Shown here in pieces: positions 8,561 to 19,331 of a stretch of 64,000 nt of DNA; positions within the stretch are counted from its first letter, which is position 1; each line of letters starts with the position of its first letter. A program made the translations under genes and the position numbers. The notes under the pieces were generated by a model, which saw only the letters and a program-made list of their open reading frames with translations, did no database searches and was not told where the DNA came from. Source of the stretch: Alphaproteobacteria bacterium (GTDB taxonomy: Bacteria > Pseudomonadota > Alphaproteobacteria > SP197); the NCBI GenBank assembly GCA_964291265.2, contig OZ219747.1:256001-320000 (forward strand), read 5' to 3'.

Positions 8561-10402
8561 TCAGGAACCTCCATGGAGGGGCCAGTCTCCGGCCGCCAGG
8601 GCAGCCAGCGAAGCCGGTTCGTACCCCAGTCTCCTAGCGTAGAGCCAGTAGTCTGCCATCACGTTCCTGACAAAGGAACGGGTCTCGCGGGAGGGATAGG
8701 ACTCCACGAAGAGCAGCGGGTCGGTCAGCGCGCCTCCCTGGTTCAACCGCCTCGCCAGGCGTGCCGGGCCGCCGTTGTAGGCGGCAAGCATGAGGAAGAG
8801 ATTGCCGCCGATGTCCGGCAGGTCCAAGAGGTGGCGCACGTACCGCTCTCCGAGATCGATGGAGACCGCGGGATCATCGAGGCGATACCTCCCGGTGCCC
8901 GCAAGGCCGGGATCACCGGCAATCCAGGCCGCCGTTGCCGGCATGATCTGCAGGATTCCCCGGGCGCCGGCATGACTGACCGTGCGGGCCCTGAAATGCG
9001 ACTCCCGGCGAATGAGGGCATACATGAGGGCGGGTTCAATGGCGAAGCCTTCCCGAGGTTCCCATGGCGGAAACGGGAAGAGGGCGTCGTCAAGCCGTGC
9101 CGCATGGAGCGTGAGGAACTCCCGGGCGAGCCGGTATCGCGTCGCCGGAAACGGCATGCGTTCGGCCAGGGCCATGACGGCGGCGGCAGCGGCCGGGTGA
9201 CGGTGGACGCCGAGTCCCCGCAACTCCTGGTCTCCCCGGTGGTACTGGCCCACCTCGGCAAGCGCCAGGGCCCGTCGCACGGCCGGTATCTCCAACAGCG
9301 TCCTCAGCCCCCCGTCCGACACCTGTGGAAGGGGGTCATTGACAAGCCCACCCACCATGCCCAGCGCATGGCGGGCGAGAAGTCCGTAGAGTGTGTCGGA
9401 CCGGTGCGCCGCGATGCCGAGAAGACGGCCGATGTCGTCCGGTGTCCCGGTCAGCAGGGACATTCGGGCCGCCCACCAGGCTCCGGCGGCCACCAGTGGG
9501 TCGGCGGGATTTCCCTGGGAAACCACCAACATCATCGAGCGCGCCGTGTGCGGACGACCTGAACGCCAGGCAGCCAGTCCCGCCGTCCATCCGGCCAGGG
9601 GAACCAAGTGTGCCGACCGATGCAGGGCCGTGGTCGCGATGTCGAGGGCAAGGGCGTCATCGCCATCGATGAAGTAGCCGAATGCGATCTCCGCCGCCGC
9701 CATGTCGAGGGCAAGCGGTCCGGCGCCGCCGAGCGCCTCGGCATCGGTCATCCGTGTCCATGCAACCCCGGGGCGGCCGTTGCGGACATCACGGCGCACC
9801 CGCTTCACGAGACCGCGTTCTCCGGCATCGAGCGCGCTATCGGGATTCGTCGACAAGGAGGCAGCCGATCCGGTCTCGATGGTCACGGCCTCGATGTCCG
9901 GTGCATCCCATCTCCCGACGGGAGGAGCGGGGTCTGCCGCCCCTGAAGGCTGACGTCTCGACGCCAGGGCGTGGATGCGCCTCGCGTCCGGATGGTCGGC
10001 CCAGGATTCAAGCCATGTTCGCAGTTCGTCGAAGCTCGAGATCCACCCTGTCGCATGGAGATAGCGCTGGGCGAGGACATGGCCCATCAGGACCGGGTTC
10101 CTCAGGCGGGCGATCAGCCGGTCCGCCTCTCTCCAGTCGGCTCGCTCCTGGACCGCAAAGATGCGGCGATAGGTCTCCTGGTCCACATCATCGAGGATCC
10201 TCCAGGGATCGCGTTCGGGAGGCGCGGGCCGCCGCACGCCAGGCAGGGGCACGGCGCGCATGTCGGCCGGTGCTGTCGGCTTGACGACGGGCAGGGGAGG
10301 CAGATCCAGGGCCGATGCGCCGTGGCTCCACGCCACGACAACCCCTGCCGCAAGCAGGCTCAGGATGCCGGATCTTCCGGCGCGGAAACGACGTGTCATC
10401 AT
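8561..10402 (-). CDS. Lytic murein transglycosylase (SLT domain), exported
   Basis: Signal peptide; ALIRRESHF, GARGILQIMPATA, AAYNGGP, ETRSFV motifs. Confidence 0.9.
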   Translation of the reverse strand: MMTRRFRAGRSGILSLLAAGVVVAWSHGASALDLPPLPVVKPTAPADMRAVPLPGVRRPAPPERDPWRILDDVDQETYRRIFAVQERADWREADRLIARLRNPVLMGHVLAQRYLHATGWISSFDELRTWLESWADHPDARRIHALASRRQPSGAADPAPPVGRWDAPDIEAVTIETGSAASLSTNPDSALDAGERGLVKRVRRDVRNGRPGVAWTRMTDAEALGGAGPLALDMAAAEIAFGYFIDGDDALALDIATTALHRSAHLVPLAGWTAGLAAWRSGRPHTARSMMLVVSQGNPADPLVAAGAWWAARMSLLTGTPDDIGRLLGIAAHRSDTLYGLLARHALGMVGGLVNDPLPQVSDGGLRTLLEIPAVRRALALAEVGQYHRGDQELRGLGVHRHPAAAAAVMALAERMPFPATRYRLAREFLTLHAARLDDALFPFPPWEPREGFAIEPALMYALIRRESHFRARTVSHAGARGILQIMPATAAWIAGDPGLAGTGRYRLDDPAVSIDLGERYVRHLLDLPDIGGNLFLMLAAYNGGPARLARRLNQGGALTDPLLFVESYPSRETRSFVRNVMADYWLYARRLGYEPASLAALAAGDWPLHGGS

Positions 10403-10415
10403 CGGGCAGGCGCCG

Positions 10416-11213
10416 TCAGTCCGTCGGCATTCCGGGTGCGATCCCGAGTTCTTCCATGCGCTGTCGTACGGCGAGAAGATCGCGCCAGCTCTCGCGCTTC
10501 TTCAGGGGCTGGCGCAGCAGATAGGCCGGGTGGAACATGGCGATGGCCGGCAACGCTTCCCTGCCTTCGCGCTCGAGGTGCAGCCAGCGCCCGCGAAGTC
10601 GTGTGATGCCCTCGTCTGGTGCCGTGTCGAACATGGCCTTCACCGCCGTCCCTCCGGCGTAGACGAGGAGCTTCGGAGAGAGGAGTTCCACCTGCCTTTC
10701 GAGAAAGGGAAGGCACACCGCGATTTCCTCGGGCGTCGGCGTGCGGTTGCCCGGCGGACGCCAGTAGAGGGTGTTGGTGATGTAGACAAGGGTTCTGTCG
10801 AGACCGATCGTGGCCAGCATGCGGTCCAGGAGTTTTCCCGCCGGGCCGACGAAGGGCCTGCCCTGCCGGTCCTCCTCGACCCCTGGCGCCTCGCCGATGA
10901 TCATGATGGACGCCTGTGCGTTGCCGTCGGCGATGCATGTCGTGGTGGCCGTGCGCTTGAGCGGACACCCGTCGAAGGCTCTGATGGCTTCGATCAGCTC
11001 CGCAAGAGAAGAGGCGCCGGCGGCCAGGGTCCTCGCGGTCTCGAGGGCAAGGGCCGGTCGGGCCGGAACCTGCGGGCATCTCGCAGGCGACGTGCGGACG
11101 GGAGGCGGCGCCGGAGGAGCGGCGAAGCGGTCGACCGCCGTTGCGGTCGTTGCCTCGTCGACACCGATCCCGACATACCAGTCCAGCAGTCTGCGGGCTT
11201 CCTCGCGATCCAT
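10416..11213 (-). CDS. Uracil-DNA glycosylase family 4
   Basis: GEAPGVEED, PFVGPAGKLLD, YWRPPGNRTP, HPAYLLR motifs. Confidence 0.93.
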   Translation of the reverse strand: MDREEARRLLDWYVGIGVDEATTATAVDRFAAPPAPPPVRTSPARCPQVPARPALALETARTLAAGASSLAELIEAIRAFDGCPLKRTATTTCIADGNAQASIMIIGEAPGVEEDRQGRPFVGPAGKLLDRMLATIGLDRTLVYITNTLYWRPPGNRTPTPEEIAVCLPFLERQVELLSPKLLVYAGGTAVKAMFDTAPDEGITRLRGRWLHLEREGREALPAIAMFHPAYLLRQPLKKRESWRDLLAVRQRMEELGIAPGMPTD

Positions 11214-11302
11214 GGTTCTCCGTTCGGCGAACATCGGGCGGCATTGTAACGAATATCGCCGTCGGTTAAGAGAATTGGAATGACAGGGCACTGAAGGACG
11301 AG

Positions 11303-12943
11303 ATGGAACAGCGCGAACGCGAGAGCATGGAGTTCGATGTCGTGATCGTCGGCGCCGGACCTGCAGGTCTGGCAGCGGCCATCCGCCTTGCACAGCTGGC
11401 CGAGGAAACGGGACAGGAGGTCTCGGTGTGCGTTCTCGAGAAGGGATCCGAAATCGGCGCGCACATCCTCTCGGGCGCGGTCATGGAACCGCGGGCACTC
11501 AACGAGCTCTTTCCCGACTGGGAGGAACGCGGAGCGCCTCTCCTGACGCCGGTGAAGGAGGACCGTTTCCTCTATCTCACCGAAAAGCGGGCGTTTCGCC
11601 TGCCGACACCCCCGCAGATGGCGAACCACGGCAACTACGTCATCTCGCTTGGCAATGTCTGTCGCTGGCTGGCCGGCGAGGCGGAAGCCCTCGGCGTGGC
11701 CATCTTCCCCGGCTTTGCCGCGGCAGAGGTCCTGTTCGACGAGGACGGGGCCGTGAAGGGCGTGGCGACCGGTGACATGGGCATCGGCCGCGACGGCAAG
11801 CCGAAAGACACCTACGAGCCCGGGATCGAACTCCATGCCAGGCAGGTTCTCTTCGCTGAAGGATGCCGTGGACACCTCTCCCGGCAGTTGATGGATCGCT
11901 TCGACCTGCGCCAGGGGGTCCAGCCGCAAACCTACGGCATCGGTCTCAAGGAACTGTGGGAGATCGACCCGCAACACCACGCGCCGGGCACGGTCATCCA
12001 TACCGCCGGCTGGCCCATGGATGGCAGGACCTACGGCGGGTCCTTTCTCTATCACCTCGACGACAGCCAGGTTGCCGTCGGCTTCGTCGTCGGCCTCGAT
12101 TACGAGAACCCATGGCTCTCGCCCTTCGACGAATTCCAGAGGTTCAAGACACATCCGGCGATCCGCCCCTTCTTCGAGGGCGGCAAGCGCGTCGCCTACG
12201 GCGCCCGCGCCATCAACGAGGGTGGTTTCCAGTCGATTCCACGCCTCACCTTCCCAGGCGGCATGCTGGTCGGCTGTTCGGCCGGCTTTGTCAATGTGCC
12301 GAAGGTCAAGGGCAGCCACACGGCCATGAAGAGTGGGATGACCGCGGCCGAGGCGGTGTTCGACTGGCTCGCGGCCGGGACCCGGGCGGATGCCGAAGTC
12401 CTCGCCTACGGCGAGCGCCTGCGTCAGACCTGGCTGTGGGACGAACTCTACCGCGTGCGCAACATCAGGCCGAGTTTTCATGGCGGCTTCGTGCAGGGCT
12501 TCCTCTATTCCGCCATCGACACGGTGATCCTCAGGGGGCGGGCGCCCTGGACATTCCGGCATCGGCCGGATCACGAGTCTCTCAAGCCGAAGGATGCCTG
12601 CCAGGCCATCGACTATCCTGCGCCCGACGGAGAGATCACCTTCGATCGCGCGAGTTCGGTATTCCTTGCGTCAACGAACCACGAGGAGGATCAGCCCGTC
12701 CATCTTGCCCTCAAGGATGCCAGCGTGCCGATCGACATCAATCTCGCCCTCTACGATGCCCCCGAACAACGCTACTGTCCTGCCGGTGTCTACGAGATCA
12801 TCGAGGATGATGGCGGGGTGCGGCTGCAGATCAACGCGCAGAACTGCGTGCATTGCAAGACGTGCGACATCAAGGATCCGACACAGAACATCGTCTGGGT
12901 GGCGCCGGAGGGCGGCGGCGGCCCGAACTACCCCAATATGTGA
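11303..12943 (+). CDS. Electron transfer flavoprotein-ubiquinone oxidoreductase
   Basis: GAGPAG FAD motif, [15 protein letters not shown]-terminal 4Fe-4S YCPAGVYE...[13 protein letters not shown]. Confidence 0.96.
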   Translation: MEQRERESMEFDVVIVGAGPAGLAAAIRLAQLAEETGQEVSVCVLEKGSEIGAHILSGAVMEPRALNELFPDWEERGAPLLTPVKEDRFLYLTEKRAFRLPTPPQMANHGNYVISLGNVCRWLAGEAEALGVAIFPGFAAAEVLFDEDGAVKGVATGDMGIGRDGKPKDTYEPGIELHARQVLFAEGCRGHLSRQLMDRFDLRQGVQPQTYGIGLKELWEIDPQHHAPGTVIHTAGWPMDGRTYGGSFLYHLDDSQVAVGFVVGLDYENPWLSPFDEFQRFKTHPAIRPFFEGGKRVAYGARAINEGGFQSIPRLTFPGGMLVGCSAGFVNVPKVKGSHTAMKSGMTAAEAVFDWLAAGTRADAEVLAYGERLRQTWLWDELYRVRNIRPSFHGGFVQGFLYSAIDTVILRGRAPWTFRHRPDHESLKPKDACQAIDYPAPDGEITFDRASSVFLASTNHEEDQPVHLALKDASVPIDINLALYDAPEQRYCPAGVYEIIEDDGGVRLQINAQNCVHCKTCDIKDPTQNIVWVAPEGGGGPNYPNM

Positions 12944-12969
12944 CGGACTTCCACGGCGAGGAAACCTGG

Positions 12970-14652
12970 ATGAACTGCTCCAGGACATGCCGCGCCCTCT
13001 GTCTCGCGGCGCTTGTCGCGCTGAGCCTGGCCACCGCGGCGGGCGCCCGCGCAGCCACCGATCTGGTCTCGATGAGCGGCGCCTACCTTGCTTCGAGGGC
13101 AGCCGCCTACCAGGGCGACATGACGGCCAGAGCCGACTTCCTGTCGCAGGCTCTGGACAGCCGTCCCGGAGACGTGACGCTCATCGGCCAGACCTACAAG
13201 GCCATGGTGTCCGTCGGCCGCATGGACGAGGCGGCCGAACTGGCCCGGCGTCTCGCCGAAATCAACGTCGTCACCGAACTCTCCCCTGTCACCCTCCTTG
13301 TCGACGCCCTGGCGGCAGACGATGCGGATGCCATGGACGATGCCCTTGCCAGGCTCGGTTCCGATGGCCCACTCGGCACGGTCGCGATCATCGCCCACGC
13401 ATGGTCGACGGCACGGAACGGCGACCATGCGCACGCTCTCGACATCCTCGGCGCCGCCGCGCCAGGCACCGAAGCCCTGGTGGCCTATCATGCCGCCCTG
13501 CTCGGTGACGTCGCAGAAGAGACCGGGGCGGCCGAGACCGCCTTCAGCGCGGCCACGGAAGCCGGAGAGACCGTCGCCTGGGAGGTCACGCGGTCCTACG
13601 GCGGCTTTCTGGAGCGCCTCGGGAGGGGCGAGGACGCTGCCCGTCTCTACCGCCGGTTCATGGACATCAATCCGGAGAGTCCGTGGTTCGAAGACGCCAT
13701 CGCAAGGGCTCTCGCCGGTGGAACGCCACCCGACCGGCCCGACATATCCCAGGCGATCACCGACGCCCTTGCGGAAGCGGCACGGCAGATGCTCGCGGAA
13801 CGCCGGGGAAGTGCGGCCCTGGCATTGCTCAATCATGCAACCTGGCTGCAGCCCGCAGACGACCGTATTCACCTCATGACCGGGGATGTCCTGTCCCGAT
13901 TGCGGCGTGACGCTGCCTCGGCAGCAGCCTATGGCCGCGTGGCACCTGATTCTCCCCTGGCCTGGAGTGCCGGGCTTCGCCGTGTCCGCAGCCTCGACGA
14001 TGCGGGCCTCACCGAAGACGCCATCACACTGGGACGCTCCCTCGCACGGAAACGGCCGGAGAGCGCCGATCCCTTCATGAGCATCGGCGATGTCATGCGC
14101 TCGCACCGGAGATGGGACGAGGCGGCGGAGGCCTATGACGAAGCGCTCCGTCTGCTTGACGAAGGATCGGGTCGCCGTCCGGAACTCCTCTTCGACCTGG
14201 GGGCGATGCTGGAGGTGACGGGGCATTGGGAACGCGCCGAACAGGCCTTTCTCGAATCCCTCGAATCGCGTCCGAACGATCCATGGCTTCTCAACTACCT
14301 CGGATACTCATGGGCCGACCGGAACGAGAATCTCGAGGAAGCCCTCGATCTCATCGAGCGCGCCCTTGAGCAGACACCTGATGACGGCATGGTGATCGAC
14401 AGTCTGGGGTGGGTGCTCTACCGGCTCGGCCGCTACGATGAAGCCGTCATCGAACTGGAGCGTGCTGTCGGCCTGGAACCTGCCGAGGCCGTGATCATCG
14501 ATCATCTGGGCGATGCCTACTGGAAGACCGGAAGACGCTACGAGGCGCGATTCCAGTGGCGTCACGTGCTGACGCTGGCGCCGGACGATGAGGACCTTGT
14601 CGACGCCGTGCACCACAAGCTCGATGCGGGACTCGATGACGGTAACCGATAG
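12970..14652 (+). CDS. Exported tetratricopeptide repeat protein
   Basis: Signal peptide; LNYLGYSWAD, DSLGWVLYRLGRY, DHLGDAYW TPR motifs; usual position between ETF-QO and ispE. Confidence 0.88.
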   Translation: MNCSRTCRALCLAALVALSLATAAGARAATDLVSMSGAYLASRAAAYQGDMTARADFLSQALDSRPGDVTLIGQTYKAMVSVGRMDEAAELARRLAEINVVTELSPVTLLVDALAADDADAMDDALARLGSDGPLGTVAIIAHAWSTARNGDHAHALDILGAAAPGTEALVAYHAALLGDVAEETGAAETAFSAATEAGETVAWEVTRSYGGFLERLGRGEDAARLYRRFMDINPESPWFEDAIARALAGGTPPDRPDISQAITDALAEAARQMLAERRGSAALALLNHATWLQPADDRIHLMTGDVLSRLRRDAASAAAYGRVAPDSPLAWSAGLRRVRSLDDAGLTEDAITLGRSLARKRPESADPFMSIGDVMRSHRRWDEAAEAYDEALRLLDEGSGRRPELLFDLGAMLEVTGHWERAEQAFLESLESRPNDPWLLNYLGYSWADRNENLEEALDLIERALEQTPDDGMVIDSLGWVLYRLGRYDEAVIELERAVGLEPAEAVIIDHLGDAYWKTGRRYEARFQWRHVLTLAPDDEDLVDAVHHKLDAGLDDGNR

Positions 14653-15499
14653 GAGAGCGATCCCGGCCCATGCCAAGGTCAACCTGTGGCTTCATGTCAC
14701 CGGGCGTCTGGCCAACGGCTATCACGGTCTGGACAGCCTGCATGTGCGCACGTCCCTGGCCGACCGCCTGTGGTTCACTCCGGCGCCCTCCACGGTTCTC
14801 GAGGTGACCGGCCGCTTTGCTGCGGCACTGAGGGACCTGGACGAATCCCGGAACCTGGTGATGCGGGCGATCGCCGCCATTGCGCCGGCACAGGCATTCC
14901 ACATCGTCCTGGAAAAGAACATTCCTGTCGCCTCGGGCCTCGGAGGCGGCTCGGCTGACGCCGCCGCCACGCTGCGGACTGTGTCGGGAACGGGCGATGA
15001 TCTTCCGGCCATCGCGGCGACCCTGGGCGCCGACGTCCCATCCTGTCTTCATGATGGCACGGTCCTGACCGCAGGGATCGGCGATGTCGTCACGCCCATG
15101 GAGTTCCTTCCCGCATGCGCCCTCGTGCTCGTCAATTCGGGCACCGGGCTCTCCACGGCAAGGGTCTTCGCCGGTTTCGACGAACCTCCGTCAGCGCCCC
15201 GACCCCTGACCCGCCCGCCGGAGAGTTTCGATGACCTGGTCCGGGAACTCGAGAGCCGGCGGAACGACCTCGAACCCGCGGCCTGCCGCATCGATCCCGG
15301 CATTTGCGACGTCCTCGCTCTACTGCGCGCCACTCCGGGCATAGCCCTTGCACGCATGACCGGCGCCGGCGCCACGTGCTTCGGCCTTGCCGGCACCCTG
15401 CCACTCGCCGATCGCGCGGCAACCCTGCTCCGCCGTCACCACCCCGGCTGGTGGATCGAGACCACCACCGTCCTCACGCAGCACCGGGAGCGGCCATGA
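14636..15499 (+). CDS. ispE: 4-diphosphocytidyl-2-C-methyl-D-erythritol kinase
   Basis: AKVNLWLHVTG, KNIPVASGLGGGSADAAA, LGADVP, RMTGAGATCF. Confidence 0.93.
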   Translation: MTVTDRRAIPAHAKVNLWLHVTGRLANGYHGLDSLHVRTSLADRLWFTPAPSTVLEVTGRFAAALRDLDESRNLVMRAIAAIAPAQAFHIVLEKNIPVASGLGGGSADAAATLRTVSGTGDDLPAIAATLGADVPSCLHDGTVLTAGIGDVVTPMEFLPACALVLVNSGTGLSTARVFAGFDEPPSAPRPLTRPPESFDDLVRELESRRNDLEPAACRIDPGICDVLALLRATPGIALARMTGAGATCFGLAGTLPLADRAATLLRRHHPGWWIETTTVLTQHRERP

Positions 15500-16830
15500 G
15501 CGCGGTCGCGGACATCAGGGCGCGCATCGCCGCCCGCGAAGCCCATGTCGCCGTCATTGGCCTGGGCTATGTCGGCCTTCCCCTTGCTCTGGCTGTCCAC
15601 AGAAGCGGTTTTCGCGTCACCGGCTTCGATACGGACCCTGCCAAGATCACGGCCCTTGCCGCCGGCACGAGTTACATCAACTACATCGATGCCGCCGTGA
15701 TCAGCCGACTCGCCGCGTCGCCGCGATTCCACGGCACCAGCACGGTCAGCGATCTCGGCGCTGCCGACGTCATTGTCATCTGTGTTCCCACACCCCTTGG
15801 CCGCCACCGGGAACCGGACATGCGCCACGTGGTGGACACCAGCCACAGCGTCGCATCGATCCTGACTCCCGGACGCCTCGTCATTCTCGAATCGACCACC
15901 TGGCCCGGGACCACGGATGAACTGGTGCGACCGATTCTCGAAGGCAATGGCCTGGTGTCGGGAGTGGATTTTCTTCTTGCCTATTCACCCGAACGCGACG
16001 ATCCGGGGAACACCACCCACCGCCTCGGAACGGTGCCCAAGATCGTCGGCGGCGAGCAGGACCTGGCACGGGCGGCTGCCGCCGCCTTCTACGAGTCCTT
16101 CATCCCTGCCGGAACCGTTGTCCTCCCGGATATGAAGACCGCCGAAGCCGTCAAGCTCACCGAGAACATCTTCCGCTCCGTCAATATTGCCCTCGTCAAC
16201 GAACTCAAGGTGATCTTCGATGCCATGGGCATCAACATCTGGGACGTGATCGAGGCCGCCAGCACCAAGCCCTTTGGCTACATGCCCTTCTGGCCCGGAC
16301 CCGGACTCGGCGGCCACTGCATTCCCATCGATCCGTTCTACCTCGCCTGGAAGGCGCGGGAGTTCGGCGTGCCCACCCGGTTCATCGAGCTTGCCGGAGA
16401 AATCAACACCTCGATGCCGCATCACATCGTCTCCAGGCTCGCCAGCGAGATCGATCGCCGGTTTCGCCGCGGTCTCAACGGCGCCGCAATTCTCATCGTC
16501 GGCATGGCCTACAAGAAGAACGTCGATGACAGCCGCGAAAGTCCTGGCCTGACGCTGATGGCACTGCTCGAATCGAGAGGAGCCGCGGTGTCCTTCTTCG
16601 ATCCCTTCATCGGCACCATTCCCGCCACCCGAGCCCATGCCGGGCTGGCCGACCGGAAGGGTCTGGAGTGGACCGACGTTACCCATGGCGGCCACGATGC
16701 GGCGTTGATCGTCACCGACCACGACGGCATCGACTACGATGCCCTCGTCGCCGCGGTGCCACTGGTGGTCGATACGCGCAATGCGACACGGGACGTTCGC
16801 CGCCATCGCGAGCGCATTGTTCTCGCCTGA
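15496..16830 (+). CDS. Nucleotide-sugar dehydrogenase (UDP-GlcNAc/ManNAc 6-dehydrogenase family)
   Basis: GLGYVGLP, ESTTWPGTT, GPGLGGHCIPIDP, YKKNVDDSRESP. Confidence 0.92.
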   Translation: MSAVADIRARIAAREAHVAVIGLGYVGLPLALAVHRSGFRVTGFDTDPAKITALAAGTSYINYIDAAVISRLAASPRFHGTSTVSDLGAADVIVICVPTPLGRHREPDMRHVVDTSHSVASILTPGRLVILESTTWPGTTDELVRPILEGNGLVSGVDFLLAYSPERDDPGNTTHRLGTVPKIVGGEQDLARAAAAAFYESFIPAGTVVLPDMKTAEAVKLTENIFRSVNIALVNELKVIFDAMGINIWDVIEAASTKPFGYMPFWPGPGLGGHCIPIDPFYLAWKAREFGVPTRFIELAGEINTSMPHHIVSRLASEIDRRFRRGLNGAAILIVGMAYKKNVDDSRESPGLTLMALLESRGAAVSFFDPFIGTIPATRAHAGLADRKGLEWTDVTHGGHDAALIVTDHDGIDYDALVAAVPLVVDTRNATRDVRRHRERIVLA

Positions 16831-16894
16831 CCGGAGCGGCGTTCATCCCCCGTGGTTGCGCACTCCGGCGCTTTCCGGTTTATAGGAAGCCTGC

Positions 16895-16968
16895 TGGGGC
16901 GTGGCCAAGCGGTAAGGCAACGGGTTTTGGTCCCGTGACCCCAGGTTCGAATCCTGGCGCCCCAACCA
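16895..16968 (+). tRNA. tRNA-Gln (TTG)
   Basis: TGGGGCG acceptor stem, anticodon arm ACGGG-TTTTGGT-CCCGT, GGTTCGAATCC T-arm, encoded CCA. Confidence 0.96.
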
Positions 16969-17035
16969 CGCTCCTGTTGCAGGTCGCCCGTCCGTCAACG
17001 CGCTGCATCACCGATCCACCTTGTGAACCATCACC

Positions 17036-17743
17036 ATGCAGGACACCAGCGACGCCTTCACGGAAGCCCTTCGCCTGATCACGACACTCGACCGCGACCT
17101 CGTCGAGATCATCCTCATGTCGCTCCGGGTCAGTCTCCTTGCAGTGCTCTTCGCCATGCTGATCGGCCTGCCCCTCGGCGCGACGACGGCCATCTCGCGG
17201 TTTCCGGGGCGCGGCGCCGTCATCGCCGTGATGAACGCCTTCATGGGCCTGCCGCCCGTGGTGGCCGGTCTTGCCATCTATCTCCTGCTGTCACGCGCCG
17301 GACCTCTGGGCGACTGGGGTCTGCTCTACACTCCCGAGGCCATGATCATCGCCCAGACGGTGCTCGTCACACCCATCGTCGCAGCCCTGACGCGCCAGGT
17401 CATCGAGGACCTTCACCGCCGCTATGACGAACAGTTGCGCGCCTTCGGCCTGGGCAGGGGCGCCACCGCCGTCACCCTGTTGTGGGAGGCGCGATTCAGT
17501 CTCGTCACCGTGGTGCTTGCCGGGTTCGGCAGAGCCATCGCGGAGGTCGGCGCCGTCATCATGGTCGGCGGCAACATCAACCATGTCACGAGGGTGATGA
17601 CCACGACCATCACGCTGGAGACTTCGCGCGGCGCTCTCGACCTCGCGCTGGGTCTGGGAATCGTGTTGCTGACGATCATCCTCGTCATCAACGGGCTCGC
17701 CGGACTGCTCAACACCCTGGCGCGGAATCCACGCCTTGCGTGA
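17036..17743 (+). CDS. tupB: Tungstate ABC transporter permease
   Basis: GLPPVVAGL, GFGRAIAEVGAVIMVGGNI, TRVMTTTITLETSRG. Confidence 0.85.
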   Translation: MQDTSDAFTEALRLITTLDRDLVEIILMSLRVSLLAVLFAMLIGLPLGATTAISRFPGRGAVIAVMNAFMGLPPVVAGLAIYLLLSRAGPLGDWGLLYTPEAMIIAQTVLVTPIVAALTRQVIEDLHRRYDEQLRAFGLGRGATAVTLLWEARFSLVTVVLAGFGRAIAEVGAVIMVGGNINHVTRVMTTTITLETSRGALDLALGLGIVLLTIILVINGLAGLLNTLARNPRLA

Positions 17744-18470
17744 ACGGACAGACGGAAGGGTGCTGCCGCTCGTCGGCCGGAACCTCCGTCTCATGCGCGG
17801 AGCGAGGCCGGTGGTCGATGATGTCAGCGTCGCCATCTCCCGGCCGGAGATTGCGGTGCTTCTGGGCCCCAACGGCGCCGGCAAGAGTCTTCTGGTCCGC
17901 GTGCTGGCGGGCCTCGTCGAACCGGACCGTGGCGACGTCACCTGGAACGGTCGTCCGCCGGATCGCCGACGGGCCATCCGGCTCGGCGTTGTCTTCCATC
18001 ACCCGGTGATGCTGAGCCGCACGGCGCTGGCGAACATCCGCTTCGCGCTCCAGGCTGCCGGTGTCCCCCGTCACGAACAGCGCCAGCGCGCCATCGAAGC
18101 ACTCGTGACCGCCGGTCTCGAGGCAAGGGCGAGAGTCCAGGCACAGGCACTCTCGGGAGGGGAACAGCAGAGGCTTGCGCTGGTTCGCGCCATGGCGACG
18201 TCTCCGGACGTCCTGCTCCTCGACGAGGCAACCGCCAACCTCGACCCGGGTTCGATCCTGGCGATCGAGGACCTGGTGCGCCGGGCACGGAACGACGGCA
18301 TGCCCGTCCTCCTCGTCACCCACGACCTGGCCCAGGCGCGCCGGCTGGCCGACCGCATCCTCTATCTTCATGGCGGGGTTCTCGAAGCCGACAGCGGCGC
18401 TCCGCTCTTCTTTTCCGATCCTCCCACGAGACGGGCCCGGGCCTTTGTCGAGGGCCGTCTGGTCGCCTGA
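17736..18470 (+). CDS. tupC: Tungstate ABC transporter ATP-binding subunit
   Basis: GPNGAGKS, LSGGEQQR, LLLDE; lies between tupB and tupA. Confidence 0.82.
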   Translation: MRERTDGRVLPLVGRNLRLMRGARPVVDDVSVAISRPEIAVLLGPNGAGKSLLVRVLAGLVEPDRGDVTWNGRPPDRRRAIRLGVVFHHPVMLSRTALANIRFALQAAGVPRHEQRQRAIEALVTAGLEARARVQAQALSGGEQQRLALVRAMATSPDVLLLDEATANLDPGSILAIEDLVRRARNDGMPVLLVTHDLAQARRLADRILYLHGGVLEADSGAPLFFSDPPTRRARAFVEGRLVA

Positions 18471-18497
18471 GTCCCATCAGCCGGAAAGGTTCCCTGG

Positions 18498-19331
18498 ATG
18501 ATGTCAAGGTTCTTCGCATGTGCCGTGGTCGCCCTTGGCCTCATCCCTGGCGGCGTGACCGCTGACGAACGCTCCATCATCGTCCAGTCGACGACCTCGA
18601 CCCAGAATTCCGGTCTGTTCGATCACATCCTTCGCGATTTCAGCGATGCGACGGGCATTCTCGTCAAGGTGGTCGCCGTGGGCACCGGGCAGGCCATCCG
18701 CAACTCCATGAACGGAGACGGCGATGTCCTGCTCGTGCATGCCCGCGATGCCGAGGAGGCGTTCGTCGCCGGCGGCTACGGCGTCGAGCGGTTCGACCTG
18801 ATGTACAACGACTTCGTCATGGCCGGTCCCGTTTCCGATCCGGCAGGTGTCAGAGGCATCGCCGATGCCGGCGTCGCGTTCATGCACATCGCCCGCAACG
18901 GGCTTCCCTTTGCCTCCCGCGGCGACGATTCCGGCACCCACAAGAAGGAAATGGCCTTGTGGCGCAGTGCCGGCTTCGACCCGACGGCGCACAGCGGTTC
19001 ATGGTACCTCGAGACCGGTTCGGGCATGGGCGCCACCCTCAACGTGGCCGCCAATGTCGGCGCCTATGTCCTGACGGACCGGGCCACCTGGATCGCCTTC
19101 CAGAACCGCGGCGATCTCGCCCTTCTTGTCGAGGGGGACGAGAATCTCTTCAACCAGTACGGCGTGACGATGGTGAATCCGACGCGTTTTCCCCATGTGC
19201 GCGAAGAGGAGGCGCGCCGCTTCGTCGACTGGCTCCTGTCGCCCTCCGGACAGGCTTCGATCGCTTCCTACCGCATCGACGGCAGGCAACTCTTCTTCCC
19301 CAACGCGAGCCATCAACACCATGCGCCGTGA
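18498..19331 (+). CDS. tupA: Tungstate ABC transporter substrate-binding protein
   Basis: STTSTQNSGL, AVGTGQA, SRGDDSGTH, YVLTDRATW. Confidence 0.88.
   Translation: MMSRFFACAVVALGLIPGGVTADERSIIVQSTTSTQNSGLFDHILRDFSDATGILVKVVAVGTGQAIRNSMNGDGDVLLVHARDAEEAFVAGGYGVERFDLMYNDFVMAGPVSDPAGVRGIADAGVAFMHIARNGLPFASRGDDSGTHKKEMALWRSAGFDPTAHSGSWYLETGSGMGATLNVAANVGAYVLTDRATWIAFQNRGDLALLVEGDENLFNQYGVTMVNPTRFPHVREEEARRFVDWLLSPSGQASIASYRIDGRQLFFPNASHQHHAP

Noticed and set aside
16895-16968. tRNA-Gln (and tRNA-His) as integration sites
   Set aside because: I saw no duplicated tRNA 3' end and no integrase; the flanking genes are housekeeping.
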